NCBI GenBank assembly: GCA_964529575.1
Contig: CAZGXF010000002.1
Span: forward strand, 1 to 61,785
Source of the DNA: an uncultured bacterium
Lineage (GTDB): Bacteria > Deinococcota > Deinococci > Deinococcales > Trueperaceae
Direction: 5' to 3'
Length of the DNA stretch: 61,785 nt
Part shown: piece after piece, positions 49,065-57,214 of the stretch
How positions within the stretch are numbered: position 1 is the first letter of the stretch
Layout: every line of letters starts with the position of its first letter
The notes under the pieces: model-generated
The model's input: the letters and a program-made list of their open reading frames with translations, nothing else
What the model was told of the DNA's origin: nothing
Databases searched by the model: none
Translations under genes and position numbers: made by a program

Positions 49065-50273
49065 ATGGACCGTTCCGACGTGATCGTGGTCGGGGCTGGC
49101 ATCGTCGGGCTCGCCACGGCACGCGCGCTGAAGCAGCGCCGGCCCGGCCTGCGCGTCACCGTGCTCGAGAAGGAGCCCGAGGTCGCGCGCCACCAGACGA
49201 GCCACAACTCCGGCGTCGTCCACTCCGGCATCTACTACCGCCCCGGCACCCTGCGCGCCCGCCTCTGCGTGGCCGGCGTGGGGATGATGCGCCGCTTCTG
49301 TGAGGAGCAAGGCCTGCCGTACCAGGAGGTCGGCAAGGTCATCGTCGCTACCGGCCAGGACGAGCTGCCCCGCCTGCAGGAGCTGTTCGAGCGCGGCACC
49401 GCCAACGGCGTGCCCGGGCTGGAGCTCGTCGAGGCCGACCGCCTGAAGGAGATCGAGCCGCACGCGGCCGGCATCAAGGCCATCTACTCGCCGCGCACGG
49501 CGATCGTCGACTTCCCCGCCGTGGCCGGGCGGCTCGCCGAGCTGTTCGTGGCCGAGGGCGGCGAGGTGCGCACGGGCGTCGCGGTCGAGGGCGTGAAGGC
49601 CACGGGTGGGGGCGTGACGGTCTCCACGGACCACGGCCCCGTGGAGGCGCGCTACCTGGTCACCTGCGCCGGCGTGCACGCCGACCGCGTGGCGCGCTTG
49701 GCGGGTGCCGACGTCTCCGACGTGCGCATCGTGCCCTTCCGCGGCGAGTACTACCACCTGCGACCGGAGAAGGGGCACCTGGTCAACGGCCTCATCTACC
49801 CCGTGCCCGACCCGGCCCTGCCGTTCCTCGGCGTCCACCTCACCCGCACCGTGAAGGGCGAGGTGGAGGCGGGGCCGAACGCGGTGTTCGCGCTCTCGCG
49901 CGAGGGCTACGGGCCGTTCGACGTGCGCCTGGCCGACGTGGCCGACGCCGTCACCTTCCCCGGCCTGTGGTCCATGGCGGCGCGCTTCTGGAAGGTGGGC
50001 GCCTACGAGGTCTACCGCTCGTTCTCGAAGGCGGCGTTCGTGGAGGCCCTGCAGCGGCTGGTGCCCGAGCTGGGCATGGCGGACGTGCATCGCGGCGGCG
50101 CCGGGGTGCGCGCCCAGGCGCTCGGCCGCGACGGCAAGCTGATCGACGACTTCGTGATCCGCGAGAGCCCGCGCGCCCTGCACGTGATCAACGCGCCGTC
50201 GCCGGCGGCCACGGCCAGCCTGGCCATCGCCGAGCACCTCGTCGACCTGGCCGTGGAGCGGTTCGGGGTCTGA
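49065..50273 (+). CDS. lhgO: L-2-hydroxyglutarate oxidase/dehydrogenase (FAD-dependent)
   Basis: MDRSDVIVVGAGIVGLATA...HQTSHNSGVVHSGIYY is characteristic of the family. Confidence 0.88.
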   Translation: MDRSDVIVVGAGIVGLATARALKQRRPGLRVTVLEKEPEVARHQTSHNSGVVHSGIYYRPGTLRARLCVAGVGMMRRFCEEQGLPYQEVGKVIVATGQDELPRLQELFERGTANGVPGLELVEADRLKEIEPHAAGIKAIYSPRTAIVDFPAVAGRLAELFVAEGGEVRTGVAVEGVKATGGGVTVSTDHGPVEARYLVTCAGVHADRVARLAGADVSDVRIVPFRGEYYHLRPEKGHLVNGLIYPVPDPALPFLGVHLTRTVKGEVEAGPNAVFALSREGYGPFDVRLADVADAVTFPGLWSMAARFWKVGAYEVYRSFSKAAFVEALQRLVPELGMADVHRGGAGVRAQALGRDGKLIDDFVIRESPRALHVINAPSPAATASLAIAEHLVDLAVERFGV

Positions 50274-50282
50274 GGGGCCGGC

Positions 50283-52055
50283 TCAGGCCTCCCACAGCGG
50301 CACGAGCCGGCCGCGGGCGGCGTCCACGAGGCCGAGGTCGGTGACCTTCAGCTCGGGGATCACGGCCAGCCCGAGGAAGCTGAGCGCCATGAAGGGCGAC
50401 GGCAGCGTCACGCCCAGGGCCCGAGCGGCCGCGTCGAGCCCGTCGAGGGCGGCGGCCACCTCGGGCAGCGGCGCGTCGGTGACGATGCCGGCCAAGGGCA
50501 GCGCCAGCTCGGCCAGCACCTCTCCCCCCGCGACGGCCACGAAGCCGCCGCCCAGCTCGCCGAGCCGGCGGCAGGCGGCGGCCATGTCCTCCTCGTCCAC
50601 GCCCACGACCATCACGTTGTGGTGGTCGTGGCCCACGCTCGAGGCGAGAGCGCCGCGCCGCAGCCCGAAGCCCCGCACCAGCCCCACGCCCACGCCGCCG
50701 TTGCGCCCGTGGCGCTCGACGCAGGCGAGCTTGGCGAGGTCGCGCCCGGGGTCCGCGACGGCGCGGCCGTCCTCTACCGTCGGCTCCACCAGCTCGCAGC
50801 CTGTGACGATCCGGTTCGGCGAGGCCACGACGACGCGCGCCCGCACGGCGCCGGCCGGCAGGGGCAGCGCGAAGGACGCGGCGCTGAGCCGCGACAGCCG
50901 CACGGTGCCTCTCACCGGCGCGTCGTCCTGCGCGAAGCCGGCCGAGAGCGCGACCGGCGCGCCGGACCGCGCCACCAGCGCGCCGTCCTTGTAGACGAGC
51001 ACGGCGTCGAACGCCTCCAGCGAGCGCACGACGGCCAGGTCGGCGAAGTAGCCGGGCGCCACGGCGCCGCGGCGCGGCAGGCGGAAGTGGCGGGCGTTGT
51101 TGAAGCTGGCGCAGCGCACGGCGTAGGCGGGGTCGGCGCCGCCGGCGATCGCGGCCCTGACGACGTGGTCGACGCCGCCCTCGGCGAGCAGGTCGTGGGG
51201 CAGCCTGTCGTCGGTCACGAAGCCGACGCGGTCGCCGTGCCGCGGGTCGACGAGCGGCAGCAGCGCCGCCAGGTCGCGCGTCACCGAGCCCTCGCGCACC
51301 ATCAGGAAGACGCCGGCGCGCAGCTTCTCGAGCCCCTCCTCGAGCGTCGTGGACTCGTGGTCAGAGGCGATGCCGGCCGCGAGGTACGCCTGCAGGTCGC
51401 GCCCGCTGAGGCCGGGCGCGTGACCCTCGGCCGTGACGCCGCGTTCGGCCGCCAGGGCGGCCTTCGCCAGGACCTCCTCGTCACCGGCCACGACGGCCGG
51501 GAAGCTCATGATCTCGGCCACGCCCACGACGCGCGGGTGGCTCAGGAGACGGCCCATCTCAGCGACGCCGAACTCGGCGCCGGAGGTCTCGAGCCGCGTG
51601 CTGGGCACGCAGGACGGCACGGTGACCCAGACGTCCATGGGCGATCGCGCGGTCGAGTCGAGCAGCCACCGCACCCCGGCCTCGCCGGCCACGTTCGCGA
51701 TCTCGTGCGGGTCGCACACGACCGCCGTGACGCCCCGCGGCACGAGGGCGTCGGCGTAGGCGCCGGGGGTGACCAGGCTGGACTCGAGGTGCACGTGCCC
51801 GTCGATGAGCCCGGGCGCCACGTAGGCGCCCTCCAGGTCCACGACCTCGCGCGCCCCGCCGAGCCCGCGGCCCACGGCCGCCACGAGGCGGCCGGAGACC
51901 AGCACGTCGGCCTCGTGGACGGCGTTGGTGAAGACGTCCACGACCCGCCCTCCGCGGAGGAGCAGGTCGCCCGTCTGCCGGCCGGCCGCGACCGCTACGG
52001 CCGCGGCGACCTCGTCGGCTGAGGGCAGGGTCGGTGGCGTGCCCGGCCCGGCCAC
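50283..52055 (-). CDS. ade: adenine deaminase
   Basis: Amidohydrolase motifs GLIDGHVHLESS and DPHEIANV. 590 aa. Confidence 0.9.
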   Translation of the reverse strand: MAGPGTPPTLPSADEVAAAVAVAAGRQTGDLLLRGGRVVDVFTNAVHEADVLVSGRLVAAVGRGLGGAREVVDLEGAYVAPGLIDGHVHLESSLVTPGAYADALVPRGVTAVVCDPHEIANVAGEAGVRWLLDSTARSPMDVWVTVPSCVPSTRLETSGAEFGVAEMGRLLSHPRVVGVAEIMSFPAVVAGDEEVLAKAALAAERGVTAEGHAPGLSGRDLQAYLAAGIASDHESTTLEEGLEKLRAGVFLMVREGSVTRDLAALLPLVDPRHGDRVGFVTDDRLPHDLLAEGGVDHVVRAAIAGGADPAYAVRCASFNNARHFRLPRRGAVAPGYFADLAVVRSLEAFDAVLVYKDGALVARSGAPVALSAGFAQDDAPVRGTVRLSRLSAASFALPLPAGAVRARVVVASPNRIVTGCELVEPTVEDGRAVADPGRDLAKLACVERHGRNGGVGVGLVRGFGLRRGALASSVGHDHHNVMVVGVDEEDMAAACRRLGELGGGFVAVAGGEVLAELALPLAGIVTDAPLPEVAAALDGLDAAARALGVTLPSPFMALSFLGLAVIPELKVTDLGLVDAARGRLVPLWEA

Positions 52056-52062
52056 GCGTCGG

Positions 52063-52653
52063 CTACTGGCCCGCCAGCGGTGAGGAGCTATCGCCGGCGC
52101 CCCGCGCGTAGTACGGGTTCTGGCCGGCGTCGTGGTCGGTGGCGTCCTTGACCGCGACGACCTCGGGCACCTGCTCGCGGATGATGCGGTCGACGCCCTG
52201 CTTCAGGGTCACGTCGGCGGCGCCGCAGCCCTGGCAGCCCCCGCCGAAGCGTATGTAGGCGACGCCGTCCTTGACGCCCTCCAGCGCGACGTTGCCGCCG
52301 TGGCTGGCCACGCCGGGGTTGATGTGCTGGTCCAGGACGTCCTGGACCTTCTGCGCCACGGGGTCGTCCCACTTGGGGCTGGGGAAGAACACCTTGAAGC
52401 CCGACTGCATGACGCCCTCGACGAAGTCGACGGTGGCGCCGTCGAGCGCCTTGGCGGAGAGCGGGTCGAGGTAGACCTCGAACGCCCCCTCGTCCTGGAC
52501 GCGGTCGTTGGGCTGCTTGTCGGAAGGCTTGACCAGCCAGAGGCGCTGCTCGGCACGTGTGCCGGCGATGCGCAAAGCACCGACGCCCTGCGCGGCCTGC
52601 GCCTGCATGAACTTGAGGACGCGTTGCTTCGCGAGGTCGGTGAAGGTCAGCAT
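52063..52653 (-). CDS. nfuA: Fe-S cluster carrier, NfuA-type (A-type-like N-domain plus Nfu C-domain)
   Basis: The C-terminal Nfu motif is GGGCQGCG preceded by ...HGGNVAL. Its stop lies 7 nt upstream of the ade start, on the same strand. Confidence 0.82.
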   Translation of the reverse strand: MLTFTDLAKQRVLKFMQAQAAQGVGALRIAGTRAEQRLWLVKPSDKQPNDRVQDEGAFEVYLDPLSAKALDGATVDFVEGVMQSGFKVFFPSPKWDDPVAQKVQDVLDQHINPGVASHGGNVALEGVKDGVAYIRFGGGCQGCGAADVTLKQGVDRIIREQVPEVVAVKDATDHDAGQNPYYARGAGDSSSPLAGQ

Positions 52654-52676
52654 GTCGCCACGAGGTTACCAACTGG

Positions 52677-52717
52677 GAGGAGCCCCTGGGTGCTCCGATG
52701 CGTCCCAGGGGCTCCTC
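52677..52717 (-). terminator. hairpin terminator after crp
   Basis: A perfect 14-bp stem GAGGAGCCCCTGGG / CCCAGGGGCTCCTC with a 13-nt loop, about 30 nt downstream of the crp stop. Confidence 0.65.
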
Positions 52718-52744
52718 TGTCTGTCGCGGTCGTGACGTGCCCGG

Positions 52745-53428
52745 TCAGAGCACCTGCATGACGTACTCGTCGGTGGCGCGCTCCAGCCCCTCGAGGTCCG
52801 CCACGTAGACGCCTCGCGTGCCCGACAGGGCGCCCTCGTTGCGGAGCTCGCCGAGGATGCGGGTGATCGTCACGCGGCTGGAGCCGGTGAGGTCGGCGAG
52901 GTCCTCGTGGGTGAGGGCCAGCGGCAGCTTGATGGCGCCGCTCTGGTCGTCGGACGGCAGGCCGAACTGCTTGGCCAGCCGCAGGAAGGCGCGGGTGACG
53001 CGGGCGCCGACGGGCATCTCGGCCTCGTCGAGCATCTCACGGCTGCGCCTCAGCTGGCGCGCGAGGCTGCGGAGCACGTAGTCGCGCAGGCCGCGGTCGT
53101 TCATCGCCTGCTGCGGGTCGATGGGGGTGAGGCAGGCCTCGTGGACGGCCACCACCGTCTCGGCGTGCTTGCCGCCGTCCAGGGCGGCGAGGCCGAGGAC
53201 GTCGCCGGGGCCGTAGAGGTCGGCGATGCGGTCGCGGCCCAGGCTGGTGGGCACGACGGCCTTCAGGACGCCGTGGTTGACGATGTAGAGGCTGGCGGCG
53301 TCACGGTCGGCCTCGTAGAGGACCTGACCGGGCTCGAGGGTGCGGGTGGGCAGGGCCAGTCCCGAGGGGACGATTCCTGTGGCTTCGCAACCGCTCGGCG
53401 TATCGAGAGCTTCGAACGTGTCGAGCAT
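52745..53428 (-). CDS. Crp/Fnr-family transcriptional regulator
   Basis: A cNMP-binding beta-barrel plus a C-terminal HTH (THEDLADLTGSSRVTITRILGELR). GAGGAAGGAA lies upstream of the ATG. Confidence 0.9.
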   Translation of the reverse strand: MLDTFEALDTPSGCEATGIVPSGLALPTRTLEPGQVLYEADRDAASLYIVNHGVLKAVVPTSLGRDRIADLYGPGDVLGLAALDGGKHAETVVAVHEACLTPIDPQQAMNDRGLRDYVLRSLARQLRRSREMLDEAEMPVGARVTRAFLRLAKQFGLPSDDQSGAIKLPLALTHEDLADLTGSSRVTITRILGELRNEGALSGTRGVYVADLEGLERATDEYVMQVL

Positions 53429-53494
53429 GGTTGATTCCTTCCTCGTCTTGCATGCGCGGCCTCATGGCCGTGCCGACGGTCGCTAGAGACTCGA

Positions 53495-53514
53495 GCCCGC
53501 TCCGAGGAGCGGGC
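53495..53514. promoter_or_regulatory. 20-bp GC-rich palindrome in the crp-lexA divergent region
   Basis: GCCCGCTCC-GA-GGAGCGGGC, with perfect 9-bp arms. Confidence 0.35.
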
Positions 53515-53671
53515 CGGGGACTACAGAAACTATAGCACCCACGCCCTCACGTGTCCATAGTCGCGGCAGGCCGTGATAGCGCGATGAGATGCGTCCCAGA
53601 CGTGCTTCTCGCGTCTGACGCACACGGCCTGGGCGCGCCGACGGTGAGCGCAAAGTTAACGCTCCTCACAT

Positions 53672-53700
53672 TTGACACATCTAGGCTCTTACCTTACCAT
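53672..53700 (+). promoter_or_regulatory. lexA promoter (consensus -35, 17-nt spacer, TACCAT -10) placing the TSS at or next to the GTG start
   Basis: TTGACA (53672-53677), 17 nt, TACCAT (53695-53700), 7 nt, then GTG 53708. Confidence 0.55.
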
Positions 53701-53707
53701 TTCAGGT

Positions 53708-54340
53708 GTGAACGCAGCCGCGAACCGACCCCTGACGCCCACGCAGGAGCGCGTGTACGCGCGGCTGCTAGATCACCAGCGCCGCACGGGCCGCCTGCCC
53801 GAGCTCTCCGACCTCGCGCGCTCCCTCGGCATCCACTACGTCTCGCTGCGCCAGCACCTCGAGGCCCTGCAGAAGAAGGGCTACCTCGAGTTCGAGAGCC
53901 GCGGCCGCGGCCGCTCGCCGTTCCTGGCGCTGCCCCCACAGGCCACGGGCATCCCGGTGCTCGGCGACATCCCCGCCGGCCCGTTCGACGCCGCCGTCGC
54001 CCACCCCGAGGCCTACCTGCCCATCCCCGCGCTCGTCAACGCCAGCTTCGCGCTGCGGGTGCGAGGCGACTCGATGGCCGACCTGATCCAGCCCGGCGAC
54101 GTGGTCCTGCTCTCCCGGCGCCCGCCCGCCCGCGACGGCGAGATCTGCGCCGTGCGCGTGGGCGAGGAGGACGTCACGCTGAAGTACGTCCGCCGCCTCG
54201 GCGGCGGCCAGGTCGAGCTGCGCCCGCACAACCCGGCCTACGAGACGATGGTCCTGCCGGCCGAGGAGGTCTCCATCGACGGGGTCTACCTCGGCCTGCT
54301 GCGCGGCGCCGCGGCGGACGCCCTGCTCGAGCCGAACTGA
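53708..54340 (+). CDS. lexA: LexA-type S24 repressor
   Basis: An N-terminal winged-helix domain (LTPTQERVYARLLDHQRRTGRLPELSDLARSLG), a cleavage region, and an S24 domain with GDSM and a LKY lysine. GTG 53708 is preferred over TTG 53672, which coincides with the -35 hexamer. Confidence 0.88.
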   Translation: MNAAANRPLTPTQERVYARLLDHQRRTGRLPELSDLARSLGIHYVSLRQHLEALQKKGYLEFESRGRGRSPFLALPPQATGIPVLGDIPAGPFDAAVAHPEAYLPIPALVNASFALRVRGDSMADLIQPGDVVLLSRRPPARDGEICAVRVGEEDVTLKYVRRLGGGQVELRPHNPAYETMVLPAEEVSIDGVYLGLLRGAAADALLEPN

Positions 54341-54399
54341 GCCGCCCTCCGCCCTAGCCGTTCGACCCGACGGCGCGTCCGGCTCCTCCCCGGCGCTCG

Positions 54400-55632
54400 T
54401 CAGCCGCGCGCGGGCCTCCCCACCACGACGACGCCCTCCTCCACGAGCCGCCGCGCCTCCTCCTCGCCCATCCCCAGGTCCCGCGTCAGGACCTCGAACC
54501 CGTGCTCGCCCAGCGTGGGCGGTGCGGGCGCCTCGCCGTCGACCGGCCTGAGGCCGAGGTCGGCGCCGTCGGGGCCGTGCGCGAACCACAGGGGGCTGGC
54601 GACCATGGGCACGCTGGCGCCGTCAGCGCGGCGACCGGTGACCACCGAGCCCCGCGCCCGGGCCTGCGGGTCGTCGAACGCCTCCGGCAGGGTGAGCACC
54701 GGCGTCGCCGGCACGCCCGCGGCCCCGCAGGCCGCGACCAGGTCGTCGCGCTTCCAGCCCGCCACCAGGCCGGCGATCCTCGTCACCCCCTCGGCGCGGG
54801 GCGCCACGCGCGCGGCGGTCGTGGCGTAGCGCTCGTCCGCGGCCATGTCGGGCACGCCCAGGACGCGGCACAGCCTGGCGAACTGGGCGTCGTTGCCCAC
54901 GGCCAGCACGAGCGCGCCGTCCGCGGCCTCGAACGACTGGTAAGGCACGATGCTGGGGTGGGCGCTGCCCAGGCGCCTGGGCGCCTGGCCCGTGAGCAGC
55001 ACGCCCTGGGCCTGGTTCACGGCGCTGGCCAGCGCGACGTCGAAGAGCGACACGTCGAGGTGCGCGCCCCGACCCTCCACGGCGACGCGCCGCAGCGCGG
55101 CCACGGCCGCGACGGCGGCGTGCAGGCCCGTCAGCACGTCGACGTACGCCACCGGCAGCTTCACCGGCGGCCTGCCCTCCTCGCCCGTCATCGCCATCAC
55201 GCCGGCGAGGGCCTGGAGGGCCGCGTCGTAGCCCGGCTCCCTCGCGCGGGGACCGGTCTGGCCGAAGCCGGTGATCGAGACGTAGACGACGCGCGGGTTC
55301 GCCTGGGCCACCGCCGCGTAGTCGAGACCGTAGCGCGCCAGGTCTCCGACCTTGAAGTTCTCGACCACCACGTCGGCCTGCGCCGCCAACCGCCTGACGA
55401 CCTCGGCGCCGCGCGGGTCCTTGAGGTCCACGGCCAGGCTGCGCTTGCCGCGGTTCACCGACAGGAAGTAGCCGCTCTCCTCGCCCAGCCAGGGCGGCCC
55501 CCAGGCGCGGGTGTCGTCGCCGCCCGGCGACTCGACCTTCAGGACGTCGGCGCCCAGGTCGGCGAGGAGCTGCGTGCAGTAGGGGCCCGCGAGGACCCGG
55601 CTGAGGTCGAGCACCCTCACGCCCGTGAGCAT
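54400..55632 (-). CDS. family III CoA-transferase (CaiB/BaiF type)
   Basis: ATG 55632 is residue 347 of the track ORF. MLTGVRVLDLSRVLAGPYCTQLLADLGADVLKVE is the family signature. Confidence 0.9.
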   Translation of the reverse strand: MLTGVRVLDLSRVLAGPYCTQLLADLGADVLKVESPGGDDTRAWGPPWLGEESGYFLSVNRGKRSLAVDLKDPRGAEVVRRLAAQADVVVENFKVGDLARYGLDYAAVAQANPRVVYVSITGFGQTGPRAREPGYDAALQALAGVMAMTGEEGRPPVKLPVAYVDVLTGLHAAVAAVAALRRVAVEGRGAHLDVSLFDVALASAVNQAQGVLLTGQAPRRLGSAHPSIVPYQSFEAADGALVLAVGNDAQFARLCRVLGVPDMAADERYATTAARVAPRAEGVTRIAGLVAGWKRDDLVAACGAAGVPATPVLTLPEAFDDPQARARGSVVTGRRADGASVPMVASPLWFAHGPDGADLGLRPVDGEAPAPPTLGEHGFEVLTRDLGMGEEEARRLVEEGVVVVGRPARG

Positions 55633-55639
55633 GCCGGCG

Positions 55640-55645
55640 AGTCTA
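55640..55645 (-). promoter_or_regulatory. -10-like TAGACT 7 nt upstream of ATG 55632 (leaderless-type arrangement)
   Basis: The minus strand reads TAGACT-cgccggc-ATG, with no SD. Confidence 0.35.
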
Positions 55646-55710
55646 TCCGCGGCGCGACCCGGGCGGCCTGTGCTACCTTCCGACGCAGACAAACACCAGA
55701 GGAGGAACGC

Positions 55711-56685
55711 ATGCGAACCGTCTTTCGGTCGTTCGTCGTCCTGGCTGCGTTGGGCTTCGGCCTGGCGGCCGCGCAGACGCCCCTCTCGATCGCCACCGGC
55801 GGCACCGGCGGCGTGTACTACCCGGTCGGCGGCGGCTACGCCCAGATCATCGACCGCTTCGTCGACGGCTACACCGCCACGGTGGAGGCCACGAACGCCT
55901 CGGTGGACAACGTCGCGTTCATCGCGCGCGGCGACGCCGACCTGGCGCTCGCGCTCGCCGACACGGTCCTCGCCGCCTACCAGGGCACCGGCAACTTCGG
56001 GCCCGGCGGCGACCTGCCGCAGCTCCCGAACCTCAGGGCCATCACGGTGGCCTACACGAACGCCGTGCACGTGATAACGCGGGCCGACTCGGACATCCAC
56101 AGCCTCGCCGACCTGCGCGGCAAGCGCGTCTCGGTGGGCGCTCCCGGCTCCGGCACCGAGGTCTCGGCGAACACGATCCTGGAGGCCGTGGGCATCTCCT
56201 ACGACGACTTCGCGGCGGTCCAGCGCCTGGGCGCGAACGAGACCGCCGACGCGCTGCGCGACGGCGCCATCGACGCGGGCTTCTGGTCGGGCGGCATGCC
56301 CACCGGGGCCGTGATGAGCCTGGCCGAGACGCACGCGATCCGCTTGGTGCCCATCAGCGACGAGGAGCTCGAGCTGATCCGCGCGGCCGACCCGACTCTG
56401 ATCCGCTACACGTTCCCCGCCGACGGCTACCGCGGCGTGCCCGAGACCCCCTCGATCGGCACGCCGAACCTGCTCATCGTCGCCGCCGAGATGGACGAGG
56501 ACCTGGCCTACCGGTTCACCAAGGCGCTGTTCGAGAACATCGACGTCGTCCGCAACATCCACCCGTCCGCGAACGAGACGACGCCCGAGACCGCCCTCGA
56601 CTCGCCCATCCCCCTCCACCCCGGGGCGATCCGCTACTACGAGGAGATCGGCCTGACCGTCCCCGACCACCTCAAGGTCGACTGA
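55711..56685 (+). CDS. TAXI-family TRAP transporter solute receptor
   Basis: ATG 55711 is preceded by GGAGGA. A signal peptide is followed by IATGGTGGVYYPVGG. Confidence 0.92.
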   Translation: MRTVFRSFVVLAALGFGLAAAQTPLSIATGGTGGVYYPVGGGYAQIIDRFVDGYTATVEATNASVDNVAFIARGDADLALALADTVLAAYQGTGNFGPGGDLPQLPNLRAITVAYTNAVHVITRADSDIHSLADLRGKRVSVGAPGSGTEVSANTILEAVGISYDDFAAVQRLGANETADALRDGAIDAGFWSGGMPTGAVMSLAETHAIRLVPISDEELELIRAADPTLIRYTFPADGYRGVPETPSIGTPNLLIVAAEMDEDLAYRFTKALFENIDVVRNIHPSANETTPETALDSPIPLHPGAIRYYEEIGLTVPDHLKVD

Positions 56686-56701
56686 GGAGGAGTCAGGGGC
56701 G

Positions 56702-57214
56702 ATGGGGAGGCGCGCGCCGACCGGGCCGGTACCGCGGCGCGCGCCTCCCCTACTGGCTTGGACGCTCGCGGCCCTCGCGGCCGCTCACGCCTCCGGCGCC
56801 GTCCAAGCGGCCCTCCCCTACCTGGTCGTCACCACCGCCGCCGGCGAGGTGCTCGCCGAGGCGCCCCTGCCGGCCGACGGCCGGTGGCGCATCGAGTGGC
56901 GGCACTCGGTGGCCCAGGTGACCGTGATCGACGTCTTCGAGTACCGGGATGGCGTCATGCTGGTCGTCGAGCAGGTGACGCCGCACCTCGACATCGCGGG
57001 CCTGGGCGGCTTCGCCGGCCGCGGAACCATGGAGCAGCTCCCTGATGGCAGGTACCGTCTCCACGGCATCGACCTACCCCTTCACGGCAACGTCCACAAC
57101 GTCATCATCGGCACCGAGCGTGCCCCGTCGGTACTCGTCGTCGGGGACGCGCGCTTCGAGCTCAGCCTCATGAGGCCGGGTACGCACGCGCGCCTGGAGG
57201 TGGTGCAGAGGTGA
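56702..57214 (+). CDS. DUF1850 domain protein
   Basis: A small protein in the characteristic position between the TAXI receptor and the fused TRAP permease. WRHSVAQ...VVEQ motifs are present. Confidence 0.78.
   Translation: MGRRAPTGPVPRRAPPLLAWTLAALAAAHASGAVQAALPYLVVTTAAGEVLAEAPLPADGRWRIEWRHSVAQVTVIDVFEYRDGVMLVVEQVTPHLDIAGLGGFAGRGTMEQLPDGRYRLHGIDLPLHGNVHNVIIGTERAPSVLVVGDARFELSLMRPGTHARLEVVQR

Noticed and set aside
50271-50285. Convergent lhgO and adenine deaminase stops only 9 nt apart, considered as a possible overlapping or antisense regulatory arrangement.
   Set aside because: There is no room for a hairpin and no special sequence feature beyond GGCCGGC. Tight convergent packing is probably all that is going on.
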